Source of the DNA: a virus
Taxonomy: Duplodnaviria; Caudoviricetes
Strand: one strand, 5' to 3'
DNA length: 61,010 bases
Virus record (IMG/VR): IMGVR_UViG_3300025725_000026
Span: 1 to 61,010 of that record
Shown here: positions 1-8,592 of the stretch, piece by piece
How positions within the stretch are numbered: position 1 is the stretch's first letter
How the letters are laid out: each line of letters opens with the position of its first letter
Program-made: the position numbers and the translations under genes
The notes under the pieces: model-generated
The model's database searches: none
The model's input: only the letters and a program-made list of their open reading frames with translations
What the model was told of the DNA's origin: nothing

Positions 1-99
1 ATGATCCTTCCGTCATTGTAGGAGCGATAGCTGCGTGACTTACCTAATTCTTGCCCTCGCTACATGGCGAATTTCAGCACTGCTTACAAAAGAAGCAGG
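1..99. repeat. Terminal overlap (copy 1) indicating a circular contig
   Basis: 1-99 is identical to 60912-61010 and ORFs continue across the join. Confidence 0.95.
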
Positions 100-340
100 G
101 CCGTTTCATATCTTTGAAAAACTGCGGGAGCGGTCTGGGATCACGCACGACGCCGACGGGCAGGTTCAGATGATCCCCTCTAAATTCTTCGCTGAATTGC
201 TTTCCTGCGTCTGGTGCGCATCGATATGGGTAGCTACTGGTTGGGTTGTCCTGTATGTGCTTGCGCCAGATGTTGCAACTATACTTGCGCTTCCTTTTGC
301 TTTGTCCACGGTTGCCATTTTGGTTGACCGCTTTTCTTGA
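35..340 (+). CDS. DUF1360-like small membrane protein
   Basis: LALATWRIS...GPFHIF...ELLSCVWCASIW pattern with hydrophobic helices; GTG start overlaps the TGA of the upstream GT gene. Confidence 0.7.
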   Translation: MTYLILALATWRISALLTKEAGPFHIFEKLRERSGITHDADGQVQMIPSKFFAELLSCVWCASIWVATGWVVLYVLAPDVATILALPFALSTVAILVDRFS

Positions 341-2195
341 CAATTCCCTTCTGATTCAATACTGTATCGATCACCCAGTAAACATCAATTTTCGATAGAT
401 TCTGGTGGCACGGCACATAGAGATGGGTGTGGGCAACGTGTGACGCCACCGGAAAATGACCTTCCCCGAGGTATCTGAAACTCTTGTACTGCTGTTCTTC
501 CATGGGAATGCAGGAGAAGAATTTGCGGCACTCGATAGAGGCTTCCAAAATATTCCGCATTGCCACATCTCTGGCTTCTTCAGATGCGAACTCGATCGGA
601 TATCCATGGGGAACCACTTCTTCGCCAGGACGTTCATCAAACCCGCCCAAGGCTGCCTTCATGAGAAGGAAATTCTCTCGCCGTTTTGAAACGTACTCAT
701 CGATGTGCTTCATCAAAGCAATGCCCAACACAGCTTGAAGGCTGCACATGCGCGCATTGAACCCGAAGTTGGGGAAGTGGAATTTATTCATGGGGTCGCT
801 TGATACGGACCCATGGGCTCTTATTGATCGGCACAGATTGGCTAGTTCTGGATCGTCGGTGACGATCGCTCCGCCCTCGCCAGTTGAAATTGTATGAGAC
901 GGAAAGAATGAAAAAGTGCCAAGCGTTCCAAGCGTGCCCGCGCGTTGGCCGTAGAATGAAGTTCCAAAAGACTCGCAATTGTGCACTAACACGTTGTTTG
1001 CAAAAAACTCATGGGTCGATTCTACGGTTAGATTGTATGTATCTACCCTTGCTTTTACAATCCCTGCAACAAAATTTAGACTTATTTGGATAAAATGCTT
1101 GGTATTCTTTTTTGCAATAATGACAAACCTTAGTAATCGATTTTCTTTTTTTCCAACTTTTCTTTCCGCCCTCAACTCTAATGTTTTTGAATGCAGGATT
1201 TCTGTGCCATTCTGCTGCTCCAACTCTTGCCAACTCAAGGTTTTTGAGCAATTTTTCAATCTTTCCGGGATCATTAATGTGTCTTGCAGCGTGCTCGGTA
1301 GAGTTGAGTAACTCAAGATTGGATACGTCATTATTAAGGGGATTCTTGTCTTTATGGTGGACATGAAATCCATTAGGTATTTCCCCAAAATTGTCAATCC
1401 ATATCTGAACATGAAGGGCGCGCGGAAAACCTTTTGGATCGTCTTTTGAGTGCGTGTGAAAATATACCCTTTTAGTTCGAAGAAGGGATTTTGGATATCT
1501 GATATATGTCTTTCCTCGATACACAATCGTTTCTCGTTCCATACATATATTATATCAGATACGTTTAGAACGTCAAGCCTTTTTGACCCCAGTTTTGTTA
1601 TAAACGGATGGTCAGGAGTTGCGGTTATTCCTAATTTTCTAATTACTTTTTTAGTACCTGTTTTCCAAGATCGAGTAACTCTTTCATATCCATTTCTTGT
1701 TAATACCAAATCTCCTTCTTTGATATCTTCTATGCCCTTGTCTCCTCTTATTGTTTTTATTTGCGTACCTTTTGCAAAACAGGCATCTTCTATATCCGTC
1801 CTATTGATCATTAGCCGACCCATTAGGTCTGTTCCAAAAATTATCCAATCTTCTGGAACATTCCTCAAATCCATCGTCCAGTCTTCCTTGATATCCGCGA
1901 ACTCGATGGGCAACCCGTTATATCGGACCGAGTTTGGCTGGGCAATGAAGGTCAGGGCGGGAACCACAACCGGTTTTATCCTGCCAGTAGCCTTCAATGC
2001 AGCCACGGCCACAGCATCCGCCATCGTGCCGTTAGAAACGGCGATGCAATGGTTGGCACCCACGTATTTAGCGACCGCATTCTCAAACTCGGCGATGTAT
2101 TCGCTTTGTCCGATCTTGCCAGCTTGTAGCGCATCGAACATCATCGGATATGTTTCTTCGGGAACGTTGACCGCAGCCAGAGATACTTTATACAT
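279..2195 (-). CDS. DegT/DnrJ/EryC1/StrS-family PLP enzyme (ColD/E1-like, His at the Schiff-base position), intein-containing
   Basis: EFENAVA, AVSNGT, VPALTFIA, IEDA|CES and FSFFPSHTISTGEGG motifs; ATG 2195 directly follows the upstream stop. Confidence 0.88.
   Translation of the reverse strand: MYKVSLAAVNVPEETYPMMFDALQAGKIGQSEYIAEFENAVAKYVGANHCIAVSNGTMADAVAVAALKATGRIKPVVVPALTFIAQPNSVRYNGLPIEFADIKEDWTMDLRNVPEDWIIFGTDLMGRLMINRTDIEDACFAKGTQIKTIRGDKGIEDIKEGDLVLTRNGYERVTRSWKTGTKKVIRKLGITATPDHPFITKLGSKRLDVLNVSDIIYVWNEKRLCIEERHISDIQNPFFELKGYIFTRTQKTIQKVFRAPFMFRYGLTILGKYLMDFMSTIKTRIPLIMTYPILSYSTLPSTLQDTLMIPERLKNCSKTLSWQELEQQNGTEILHSKTLELRAERKVGKKENRLLRFVIIAKKNTKHFIQISLNFVAGIVKARVDTYNLTVESTHEFFANNVLVHNCESFGTSFYGQRAGTLGTLGTFSFFPSHTISTGEGGAIVTDDPELANLCRSIRAHGSVSSDPMNKFHFPNFGFNARMCSLQAVLGIALMKHIDEYVSKRRENFLLMKAALGGFDERPGEEVVPHGYPIEFASEEARDVAMRNILEASIECRKFFSCIPMEEQQYKSFRYLGEGHFPVASHVAHTHLYVPCHQNLSKIDVYWVIDTVLNQKGIVKKSGQPKWQPWTKQKEAQV
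1009..1542 (-). CDS. HNH homing endonuclease nested out of frame inside the intein
   Basis: LHVQIW..NFGEIPNGFHVHHKDKNPLNNDVSNLELL..TEH HNH motif and C-terminal CxxC..FCCRDC zinc finger; own ATG and TGA. Confidence 0.88.
   Translation of the reverse strand: MERETIVYRGKTYIRYPKSLLRTKRVYFHTHSKDDPKGFPRALHVQIWIDNFGEIPNGFHVHHKDKNPLNNDVSNLELLNSTEHAARHINDPGKIEKLLKNLELARVGAAEWHRNPAFKNIRVEGGKKSWKKRKSITKVCHYCKKEYQAFYPNKSKFCCRDCKSKGRYIQSNRRIDP
1549..1576 (-). promoter_or_regulatory. Sigma70-type promoter inside the intein, upstream of the nested HNH
   Basis: Minus strand TTGACG-16 nt-TATAAT with TGn extension, then 6 nt to ATG 1542. Confidence 0.75.
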
Positions 2196-2196
2196 G

Positions 2197-2919
2197 TCAA
2201 AACCTACTTCCTGCCGTTGAGGCGTATTCGTCGGTCCGCCAGCACCCCATATGCCAGATCGGCTCCGTCCATTCCGCGCAATCCTGACCAAAACGCATAG
2301 GAACTGCAATGGTCGGACCCTCGTGTTCGTAATAACGATCGTTGCCCCACAACTCTGCTTGACCAGGTACCTTGGGATCGCAGGGCCTTATATCCCCGTA
2401 GGCATCCCAGAACCTACGGTGGTACATGTGAAATCCGATCGTACACATATAATGGCGAGCGCTTCTTTGCTTATCAAGTCTCCACCAGTGTAGGCCCTGG
2501 TTCAACACCAGATCTGCTGACACTTCTGAATACTTATCGCCGTTCCCCCAGAAAGCCAGACGGCCCATCCTTACCGACCCGATTTCGTCGTGTTCAAGCA
2601 GTAATCGAGCATCCGGGGTGACATCAATAACTCTCTGTGGCATGAAATCATCAAGCACGGTCAGCCATAGATCGCCACCATATCGGGCGCATGAATTCAC
2701 CATGGAAGAAAGGTTGTTGGTCACTTCAACGGTGGTCGGGAATTCCTTGGTGAGTCTAAGGTAATAATCGATATCTTCTTGTGGACTGCCCCCATCGGCA
2801 ATATGAAATCTCTTAGGACCCGCATAGCCAATCTTGCCGATCAGGGCTTGAATGGTCATGGTGGCATACCAAGGGCGTTTGTAGGTACAAATACCGATCG
2901 TGAGAGGCGGGTATTCCAT
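2197..2919 (-). CDS. GT2-family glycosyltransferase
   Basis: LTIGICTYKR, HIADGGS, VLDDF, WHMG; paralogous to 53962..54699. Confidence 0.75.
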   Translation of the reverse strand: MEYPPLTIGICTYKRPWYATMTIQALIGKIGYAGPKRFHIADGGSPQEDIDYYLRLTKEFPTTVEVTNNLSSMVNSCARYGGDLWLTVLDDFMPQRVIDVTPDARLLLEHDEIGSVRMGRLAFWGNGDKYSEVSADLVLNQGLHWWRLDKQRSARHYMCTIGFHMYHRRFWDAYGDIRPCDPKVPGQAELWGNDRYYEHEGPTIAVPMRFGQDCAEWTEPIWHMGCWRTDEYASTAGSRF

Positions 2920-3491
2920 TACGCCCTGACCTTCTTGTAGATAATCAGGCTCTTGAAGACCGATCTCTCGTACTCATATCTGTAGACCATATTGACTTCG
3001 ACTGCGCCCTTTATATCTTTCCATGCAGGCGAGTCTGCGCAGAATAACATCTGGCCGTTTTTTGCCATTCGTCTGGCCAGCAGGGCGATCGTGTCTGCAA
3101 TAGAGTTGCCCGGATATTCCGGATCCGCCAACTGGGAAGATACCTCGCCAAGATGAAATAGCGTGATGTAGTCAATCCTGGGGAGGAGTTGAGTTGTTAG
3201 CAAGTGTATGTCGCCAAAGTCGACGGCGTACTTAGTGTTCAGGATGGGATTTTGTATTGCAAGTTGGATATATGCGTCAACCTCTGCCGGCGAGAGCGAG
3301 ATGGCGCGCACGTAGACGTTCTTTTGTGAAGCCGCCCATCGACCAACCATGTGGTTCATTCCTGGCCCCATGTGGAAAATCACGGCAGGCGTAGGTCTTT
3401 CGCTTGTTTCCAGATACTCGATAAAATCTTGATCTGGACACGCTTCCGGGTTAAATTGCCACCCCGACGCTTCCGCAGGTATTGGTTTCAT
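2919..3491 (-). CDS. Hypothetical protein, possibly methyltransferase-like fold
   Basis: IFHMGPG motif-I-like segment and IDYITLFHL; translationally coupled within the cassette. Confidence 0.45.
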   Translation of the reverse strand: MKPIPAEASGWQFNPEACPDQDFIEYLETSERPTPAVIFHMGPGMNHMVGRWAASQKNVYVRAISLSPAEVDAYIQLAIQNPILNTKYAVDFGDIHLLTTQLLPRIDYITLFHLGEVSSQLADPEYPGNSIADTIALLARRMAKNGQMLFCADSPAWKDIKGAVEVNMVYRYEYERSVFKSLIIYKKVRA

Positions 3492-4162
3492 TGTTCGCTT
3501 GCCTTCCATAAAAATATGCCATTAATGGGCGCCCAGTATTCTTTTATCTTCTGGCGCGTAATTTCCTGGGTCGGATAAAGGTTCTGACTCTTATACATAC
3601 AGGCCGCTTCGATCCAGTTCTTGAGGCCCTCGGTTGAAACGGTTACGGGATATTTCGCCAGTCCCTCAACAGCCTGATCCAGCTTCTCTGGAACATATTC
3701 GATATAAGGAAAGTCGGTGTAGTAGGTCGTGGGAAGATGAAGAAGTTCGAGCGCCCGCCTGACGATGACATGATCGACGTGATCGCCGACAGCCAGAGGA
3801 CACATGAATTTGTCGCCCTCTTCATTGTTCAAGTAGATCATTTTTGAGATAGATTCAATTGTCCCCGTGTCTTGCGGATCAAGATGGGAGAATACGCCGC
3901 CATAGAGTTTGCTGCCATCCATTTTCTCTCGGTAGAGTGCGTCCAGATAACCGAAATGAACGGGCTTGGCGCCCAGTGATCTAACGGCCAAGAAATCTTC
4001 CTCTATTCGGGTTTCGAAATGCTCTTTGGGTACATCCTTGGCACATCCACACATGAAGGTCCAAACTTCGGACTGCACCCCCTCCATGCTGTCGTCAAAA
4101 ATCAAACCTCCGCACGAAAGAACGGCATCGTCTGGGTGGGCGGAGAGATAAATTTTCCTCAT
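3488..4162 (-). CDS. PIG-L/LmbE-family deacetylase
   Basis: SAHPDDAVLSCGG, RIEED, GDHVDH, YYTDFPY, YKSQ motifs. Confidence 0.88.
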   Translation of the reverse strand: MRKIYLSAHPDDAVLSCGGLIFDDSMEGVQSEVWTFMCGCAKDVPKEHFETRIEEDFLAVRSLGAKPVHFGYLDALYREKMDGSKLYGGVFSHLDPQDTGTIESISKMIYLNNEEGDKFMCPLAVGDHVDHVIVRRALELLHLPTTYYTDFPYIEYVPEKLDQAVEGLAKYPVTVSTEGLKNWIEAACMYKSQNLYPTQEITRQKIKEYWAPINGIFLWKASEQ

Positions 4163-4200
4163 GTAACTATTTTACCATAAGGCGGATGGTATAATCAATT
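4163..4200. promoter_or_regulatory. Back-to-back leaderless promoters
   Basis: Minus: TGGTAAAAT-6 nt-ATG 4162; plus: TGGTATAAT-5 nt-ATG 4201. Confidence 0.7.
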
Positions 4201-4485
4201 ATGGATTTTCCAATCCGTTGCCAATTCTGTGAAAATGAGGTTTGGGTAGACCTCGAAGTCTACAGGATAATCTTTGAAGGGGTTTATCATATAGAAGTCT
4301 ATCGATGTGACGTATGTGGATCGGATATAAACTTCTTTGTCTGTACTTCTTCTTTGGATGATGCAATGCACAAACTATTCCAACTGAACCCAGCCAAGCC
4401 ACAATTCCAATATTTGTTTCGCAAAACACTCAAGAAAGCGCTGGGAGTGAGGACAAAATATGGCCAGAGCCAGCATAACGACTAA
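4201..4485 (+). CDS. Zinc-ribbon hypothetical protein
   Basis: CQFC and CDVC pairs. Confidence 0.6.
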   Translation: MDFPIRCQFCENEVWVDLEVYRIIFEGVYHIEVYRCDVCGSDINFFVCTSSLDDAMHKLFQLNPAKPQFQYLFRKTLKKALGVRTKYGQSQHND

Positions 4486-5677
4486 ACTATCTCTTGATCG
4501 ATTCGCCCAGATCATCGGGCTTAATCCGATGGCATTCAATGGCCTGTCGTCCGAGTTCTTTCGCAACAATGTTTGCGGGGATATATTCTTTCAATGGGAT
4601 TGGCAACACTCCGATCGCGTAGGTCGGGAAACGATTGCTCAGGCAATTCAGGCTGCCGAAATGGAAATGGAGGCCGAGGCCGGCTTCTATTTGATGCCAA
4701 CTTGGACCACCGAAGAACGTATTGATTATCCCAAGCCCGGGATGCCCGGTGTGTTTGGTCTGGATGGTTTGAACACACGTGGCTTGGGAAAGAGCGTCGA
4801 GGCGAAGCATGCGTTCATGCTCTCGGGGGGCATAAGGGAAAAGACTCTATTGGAGATGGCGTCAGCGATTGTGAGATCCGACGCAGATGGCGACGGCTAT
4901 ACCGAACTATGCACAGTCACATCTGCGGTCACATTCACGGATATCAACGAAGTCAGAATATATTTCACCGGTTATGATGGTGCCGATAACTACGAGATTC
5001 GACCCGCAAAGGTTGCAATCTCGGGCGGATTTGCAACCATCACCTTCAAGGCATGGCAAGTGCCGGCAGTCATTCAACTCGAACGCCTGGATGCTGCTCC
5101 ATTGGATGGCGACGTTGCGGCCAGTTACGAGACCACCGTCGATGTCTATCGCGTGCGCAACGATCCATCCACCCAACTGCAGTTCATGTGGGAAAACGGA
5201 GGCGCCGATTGCTGCGGAACCTGCGTAGCTTGCCAACTTTCAACTCAGGCCGGCTGTTTCCACTCACGCGACCCTCGCTTGGGAATAATTGTTCCAACGT
5301 CGGCGTCATGGAATATCACCAATCAAGAATTTGACGGTTCGACATGGAGCGCATGTAGAGATCCGGAACAAGTGCGCCTATGGTACTACTCGGGCTGGAA
5401 AGACGACACCGTGGCCCGTCCCTACGTCGAGATGTCGGCCTACTGGGAGTTCGCTGTCGCTGTGTTTGCGGTATCCAAGTTCGAGCGTGCAGTCTGCGGA
5501 TGTTCAAACGTGAATCAGCTGGTTGAAAAATGGAGACGCGACGCCGCATTTGAGTCAATGTCAGAGGGGGGATTTAAGGTCACTGCAGAGTTAATGAGCA
5601 ACAAGTTGGGGACGAGTCTCGGAGCTCTTTATGCCTACAAGCAAATACATCGAAATGGTATCCGCGTAATAAAGTAG
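4460..5677 (+). CDS. Putative head-tail connector/neck protein
   Basis: Position before tail genes; IAQAIQAAE..EAGFY and VRLWYYSGW resemble adaptor motifs. Confidence 0.5.
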   Translation: MARASITTKLSLDRFAQIIGLNPMAFNGLSSEFFRNNVCGDIFFQWDWQHSDRVGRETIAQAIQAAEMEMEAEAGFYLMPTWTTEERIDYPKPGMPGVFGLDGLNTRGLGKSVEAKHAFMLSGGIREKTLLEMASAIVRSDADGDGYTELCTVTSAVTFTDINEVRIYFTGYDGADNYEIRPAKVAISGGFATITFKAWQVPAVIQLERLDAAPLDGDVAASYETTVDVYRVRNDPSTQLQFMWENGGADCCGTCVACQLSTQAGCFHSRDPRLGIIVPTSASWNITNQEFDGSTWSACRDPEQVRLWYYSGWKDDTVARPYVEMSAYWEFAVAVFAVSKFERAVCGCSNVNQLVEKWRRDAAFESMSEGGFKVTAELMSNKLGTSLGALYAYKQIHRNGIRVIK

Positions 5678-5745
5678 GGATATAATAAAGCTACCGAGTG
5701 CATTCACGCTCGGTAGCCAGTTCGGGTCAATAGGAGGCCCAAACC

Positions 5746-6219
5746 ATGAATAGTATAGCACTAAACAAAAGGGCGTTGTTAAGATTTTGGGTTCGAGTTG
5801 ACAAAAGAGGTGAAGGCGATTGCTGGTTATGGATCGGATGTAAACAGACCCGTGGATACGGATCATTTGCAATTAGGGGTAAAGGAATAAGTGCCCATAG
5901 ATTTTCTTGGAAAATACACTTTGGAGATATTCCAGACGGAATGGTGGTTTGCCATAAGTGCGATAATCCACCCTGTGTAAATCCAAATCATTTATTCCTT
6001 GGAACGCAAGCAGAAAATCAACACGATAAGAGATTGAAAGGAAGATCTGCGCGTGGAGAAGGAAACAATAAGGCCAAGCTAACTGAGAGCAATGTGAAGG
6101 AAATAAGAAAGTTAATTGATCTTGGGTTATCCTCACGAAACATTGCCAAAGGTTTTGGGGTTCGCCATGCAGCAATATTGGATATAAAGAGCGGAAAGAA
6201 TTGGTCTTGGCTCAAATAG
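5746..6219 (+). CDS. Free-standing HNH homing endonuclease
   Basis: RFWVRVDK..CWLWIG..GYG..AHRFSW..VCHKCDNPPCVNPNHL; C-terminal HTH-like AKLTES region. Confidence 0.92.
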   Translation: MNSIALNKRALLRFWVRVDKRGEGDCWLWIGCKQTRGYGSFAIRGKGISAHRFSWKIHFGDIPDGMVVCHKCDNPPCVNPNHLFLGTQAENQHDKRLKGRSARGEGNNKAKLTESNVKEIRKLIDLGLSSRNIAKGFGVRHAAILDIKSGKNWSWLK

Positions 6220-6234
6220 AGTATAATTACAGAG

Positions 6235-6528
6235 ATGAATCAAATCGAGCATACCGACGAGCGTGGTCGTAGGTACAAAGCGTTTTCAAACGGCGAGAAC
6301 CAGGTAATTATTATCGGGCCACCCGAAGGACTCGTAGACGAACTTGGTCTCCCCGAGCCATTCGCGACTAATTTGCATAACGTCCTGTATGCTCGCGGAA
6401 TATTAAACTACCAAGCCGCTGTCAAGGCACAAAGAGAAATGACTGGTGCTTTGCAAGAGGCTCTCCAAATAGATTCGCAAAAACTGATGGAAATGTTCTT
6501 TAGATTTAATCAGGAGGTAAGGCCATGA
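6235..6528 (+). CDS. Hypothetical protein (tail region)
   Basis: ORF 7 nt after TATAAT, coupled to the next gene. Confidence 0.65.
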   Translation: MNQIEHTDERGRRYKAFSNGENQVIIIGPPEGLVDELGLPEPFATNLHNVLYARGILNYQAAVKAQREMTGALQEALQIDSQKLMEMFFRFNQEVRP

Positions 6529-8030
6529 CCGATGCACAGGTATTTTCTGGCGTAAATTACCGCGTATGGTTCGTAGAGGGTGGCGTCCATCCAACGCGTT
6601 CCCCGCAAATGCTTTCACTCGGGAAATTCTCGACCGATCCTTCCCAGAAGATCGGCGAGGCAAAGAAAATCACCGCGCCTGATCCCAACAACTTCAACCG
6701 CGATATTCAGGTTGGAACTGTCCCGGGTAGCATAGACCGCGCTACTTTAGCGGTAGCGGCCCGCACAACGGCTCAAAAGTCAATCCTATTGGGTTGGAAG
6801 AACCGAGGATGTCGTGTTGATCTCTATGCGCTTGCCGGCAAGTGCGGCAACCCCCAGGACTTCTCCGAGGGCGGAGAGAAGTGGGTTTACTTCCCCGATG
6901 GTCGTATCTCAGGCCATGCGTTCGAAGGCTTTGGTGCCTTTGGTCTCGATGAAGCCAAAGAGACAAACGAATCGGTTGACATGAGCGCCGAGGAATATTA
7001 CGAATACCTGTATATGTCGCAGGAACGCCAGGGTGCCAACGTCACGACACGCCAGATCTACACGATCGACGTTTACACTGGCAATGACTGTGAAGATTGC
7101 CCGGATCCCTGCGATCGTGTCTTTGCGACCATGGCCGGCGCATCTGCAACTCCTGGCACACAGCCGCTCCTGCTTTACTCCGCAGATGGCGGAAATACGT
7201 GGAACACACAGTCGATCACCACACTCTATTCGAACGAAGAGATTGCGGATGGCACCACGATCGGCGACGATCTTGTTTACATCTCCAACACCTCCTGTGG
7301 CATCCATTGGACCGAACTCGAGTTTATCTTTGCCGGCACAAACACTTGGGCCGAAGCTACTCAAGGCTTTGTCGCTACCAAGTGCCCGAATGCGATCTGG
7401 ACTGTCGACCCTCGTCACACATGGATCGTCGGCGATGGTGGGTACATCTACTTCGCCCAGAATCACAAGAACGGCGTAGTTGTTCAGGACGCCGGCGTTG
7501 CTACGACTGCCAAGTTGCTGTCTGTGCATGCCTACGATACCAAACGCATTCTCGCTGTTGGTCAGAACAACGCTGTCGTTCTTTCAACCGATGGTGGCGA
7601 AACATGGAGCACCCCGGTTGGCCCTGCGATTGGTCTGGTACTTGGCGCCTGCTGGATGTGGAGTCCCACCGTATGGTTCGTTGGCGAAGGCGCTGGCGGA
7701 ACTGGCAAGCTCTGGTTGACCACAGATTCTGGAAAGACTTGGGTTCAGGTCTCTCTGCCCAACACTTATGTCCAGATCGACAAAATCAAGTTTATTTCAG
7801 AAGCCGAAGGTTACATCTCGGCGCGCGATGCCGGAAAATCCTACATATTGCGCACCATCACCGCTGGCAACGAATGGGTTGTACTCCCAAGCGGCAAATC
7901 AGCTTCACCTATCAACAACACATCCCTGACCGATATTACTGTTTGCAGTAAGTATGCAAACACAGTCTGGGCGGCAGGCTTGGCAGCCGGAGGTTCAGCC
8001 GGAATAATCGTCAAGATGACGAACGGATAA
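6525..8030 (+). CDS. Putative major tail protein with C-terminal BNR/Asp-box beta-propeller
   Basis: Position before chaperone and tape measure; Asp-boxes SADGGNTW, STDGGETW, TTDSGKTW; GGAGG RBS. Confidence 0.6.
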   Translation: MTDAQVFSGVNYRVWFVEGGVHPTRSPQMLSLGKFSTDPSQKIGEAKKITAPDPNNFNRDIQVGTVPGSIDRATLAVAARTTAQKSILLGWKNRGCRVDLYALAGKCGNPQDFSEGGEKWVYFPDGRISGHAFEGFGAFGLDEAKETNESVDMSAEEYYEYLYMSQERQGANVTTRQIYTIDVYTGNDCEDCPDPCDRVFATMAGASATPGTQPLLLYSADGGNTWNTQSITTLYSNEEIADGTTIGDDLVYISNTSCGIHWTELEFIFAGTNTWAEATQGFVATKCPNAIWTVDPRHTWIVGDGGYIYFAQNHKNGVVVQDAGVATTAKLLSVHAYDTKRILAVGQNNAVVLSTDGGETWSTPVGPAIGLVLGACWMWSPTVWFVGEGAGGTGKLWLTTDSGKTWVQVSLPNTYVQIDKIKFISEAEGYISARDAGKSYILRTITAGNEWVVLPSGKSASPINNTSLTDITVCSKYANTVWAAGLAAGGSAGIIVKMTNG

Positions 8031-8052
8031 TAGTGAAAGGAAGCGAGGAAGC

Positions 8053-8592
8053 ATGTCGAACGCGGATATTAAATCTGTAAAAGCTGTTGAAAATGCTCAG
8101 AAACCCGAGGACAACACCATTACTTTGAGTACGGGTGTTGTCCTTCGGGGTAAGCAGGTTCCTCCATTGATCCTATTGAAGATTATGGCGTCTTACCCAC
8201 GCCCCAAAATTCCCACCTACATGAGTCAAGAGATGGGGAGGGAGATGGAAAATCCAGAGGATCCGGATTACATCGATCGCGTGAAATCATGGAAGGTTGA
8301 GCTCTCCAATTCAACCCTGAATGCCCTGATTATCCTGGGAACCGAGTTGGTGAAGGCGCCCAAGGGAATGTCGGGACCAGAAAAGAACGACTGGTTGGAT
8401 GAATACAAACTTCTCGGAGTGCCGGTCTTCGATAAAAACTCGATGTGGCGCTACCTGACCTGGGTCACACTGAAAGCTGCGCCCGATACCAATGACCTCA
8501 ATTTGATCAAGGAGGTGGTGGGCGGACTTTCCGGAATCCCGGAATCAAAAGTCGATGCCGCCGATGAATTTCCTGAAGGTCACGAAGTATAA
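8053..8592 (+). CDS. Putative tail assembly chaperone (G-like)
   Basis: Synteny between tail tube and tape measure. Confidence 0.6.
   Translation: MSNADIKSVKAVENAQKPEDNTITLSTGVVLRGKQVPPLILLKIMASYPRPKIPTYMSQEMGREMENPEDPDYIDRVKSWKVELSNSTLNALIILGTELVKAPKGMSGPEKNDWLDEYKLLGVPVFDKNSMWRYLTWVTLKAAPDTNDLNLIKEVVGGLSGIPESKVDAADEFPEGHEV

Larger units (their letters stand above)
978..1781 (-). mobile_element. Intein (268 aa) in the DegT-family gene
   Basis: Cys1 in CFAKGT, block B TPDHPF, C-terminal TYNLTVESTHEFFANNVLVHN followed by Cys+1; removal restores IEDACESFG. Confidence 0.92.

Noticed and set aside
1009-1542. Nested HNH as a single sequencing frameshift
   Set aside because: One indel would break the host frame, which is intact end to end; the HNH also has its own promoter and ATG. 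Two compensating errors still need a read check
2196-2309. N-terminal extensions in the ORF track (also helicase, GIY-YIG, GT fusion, TerS)
   Set aside because: They overlap upstream genes, and better RBS-linked or coupled starts exist downstream
7097-7951. 284-aa same-strand alternative-frame ORF in the tail gene
   Set aside because: Arg/His/Cys-rich with no motif or expression signal; typical by-product of codon bias
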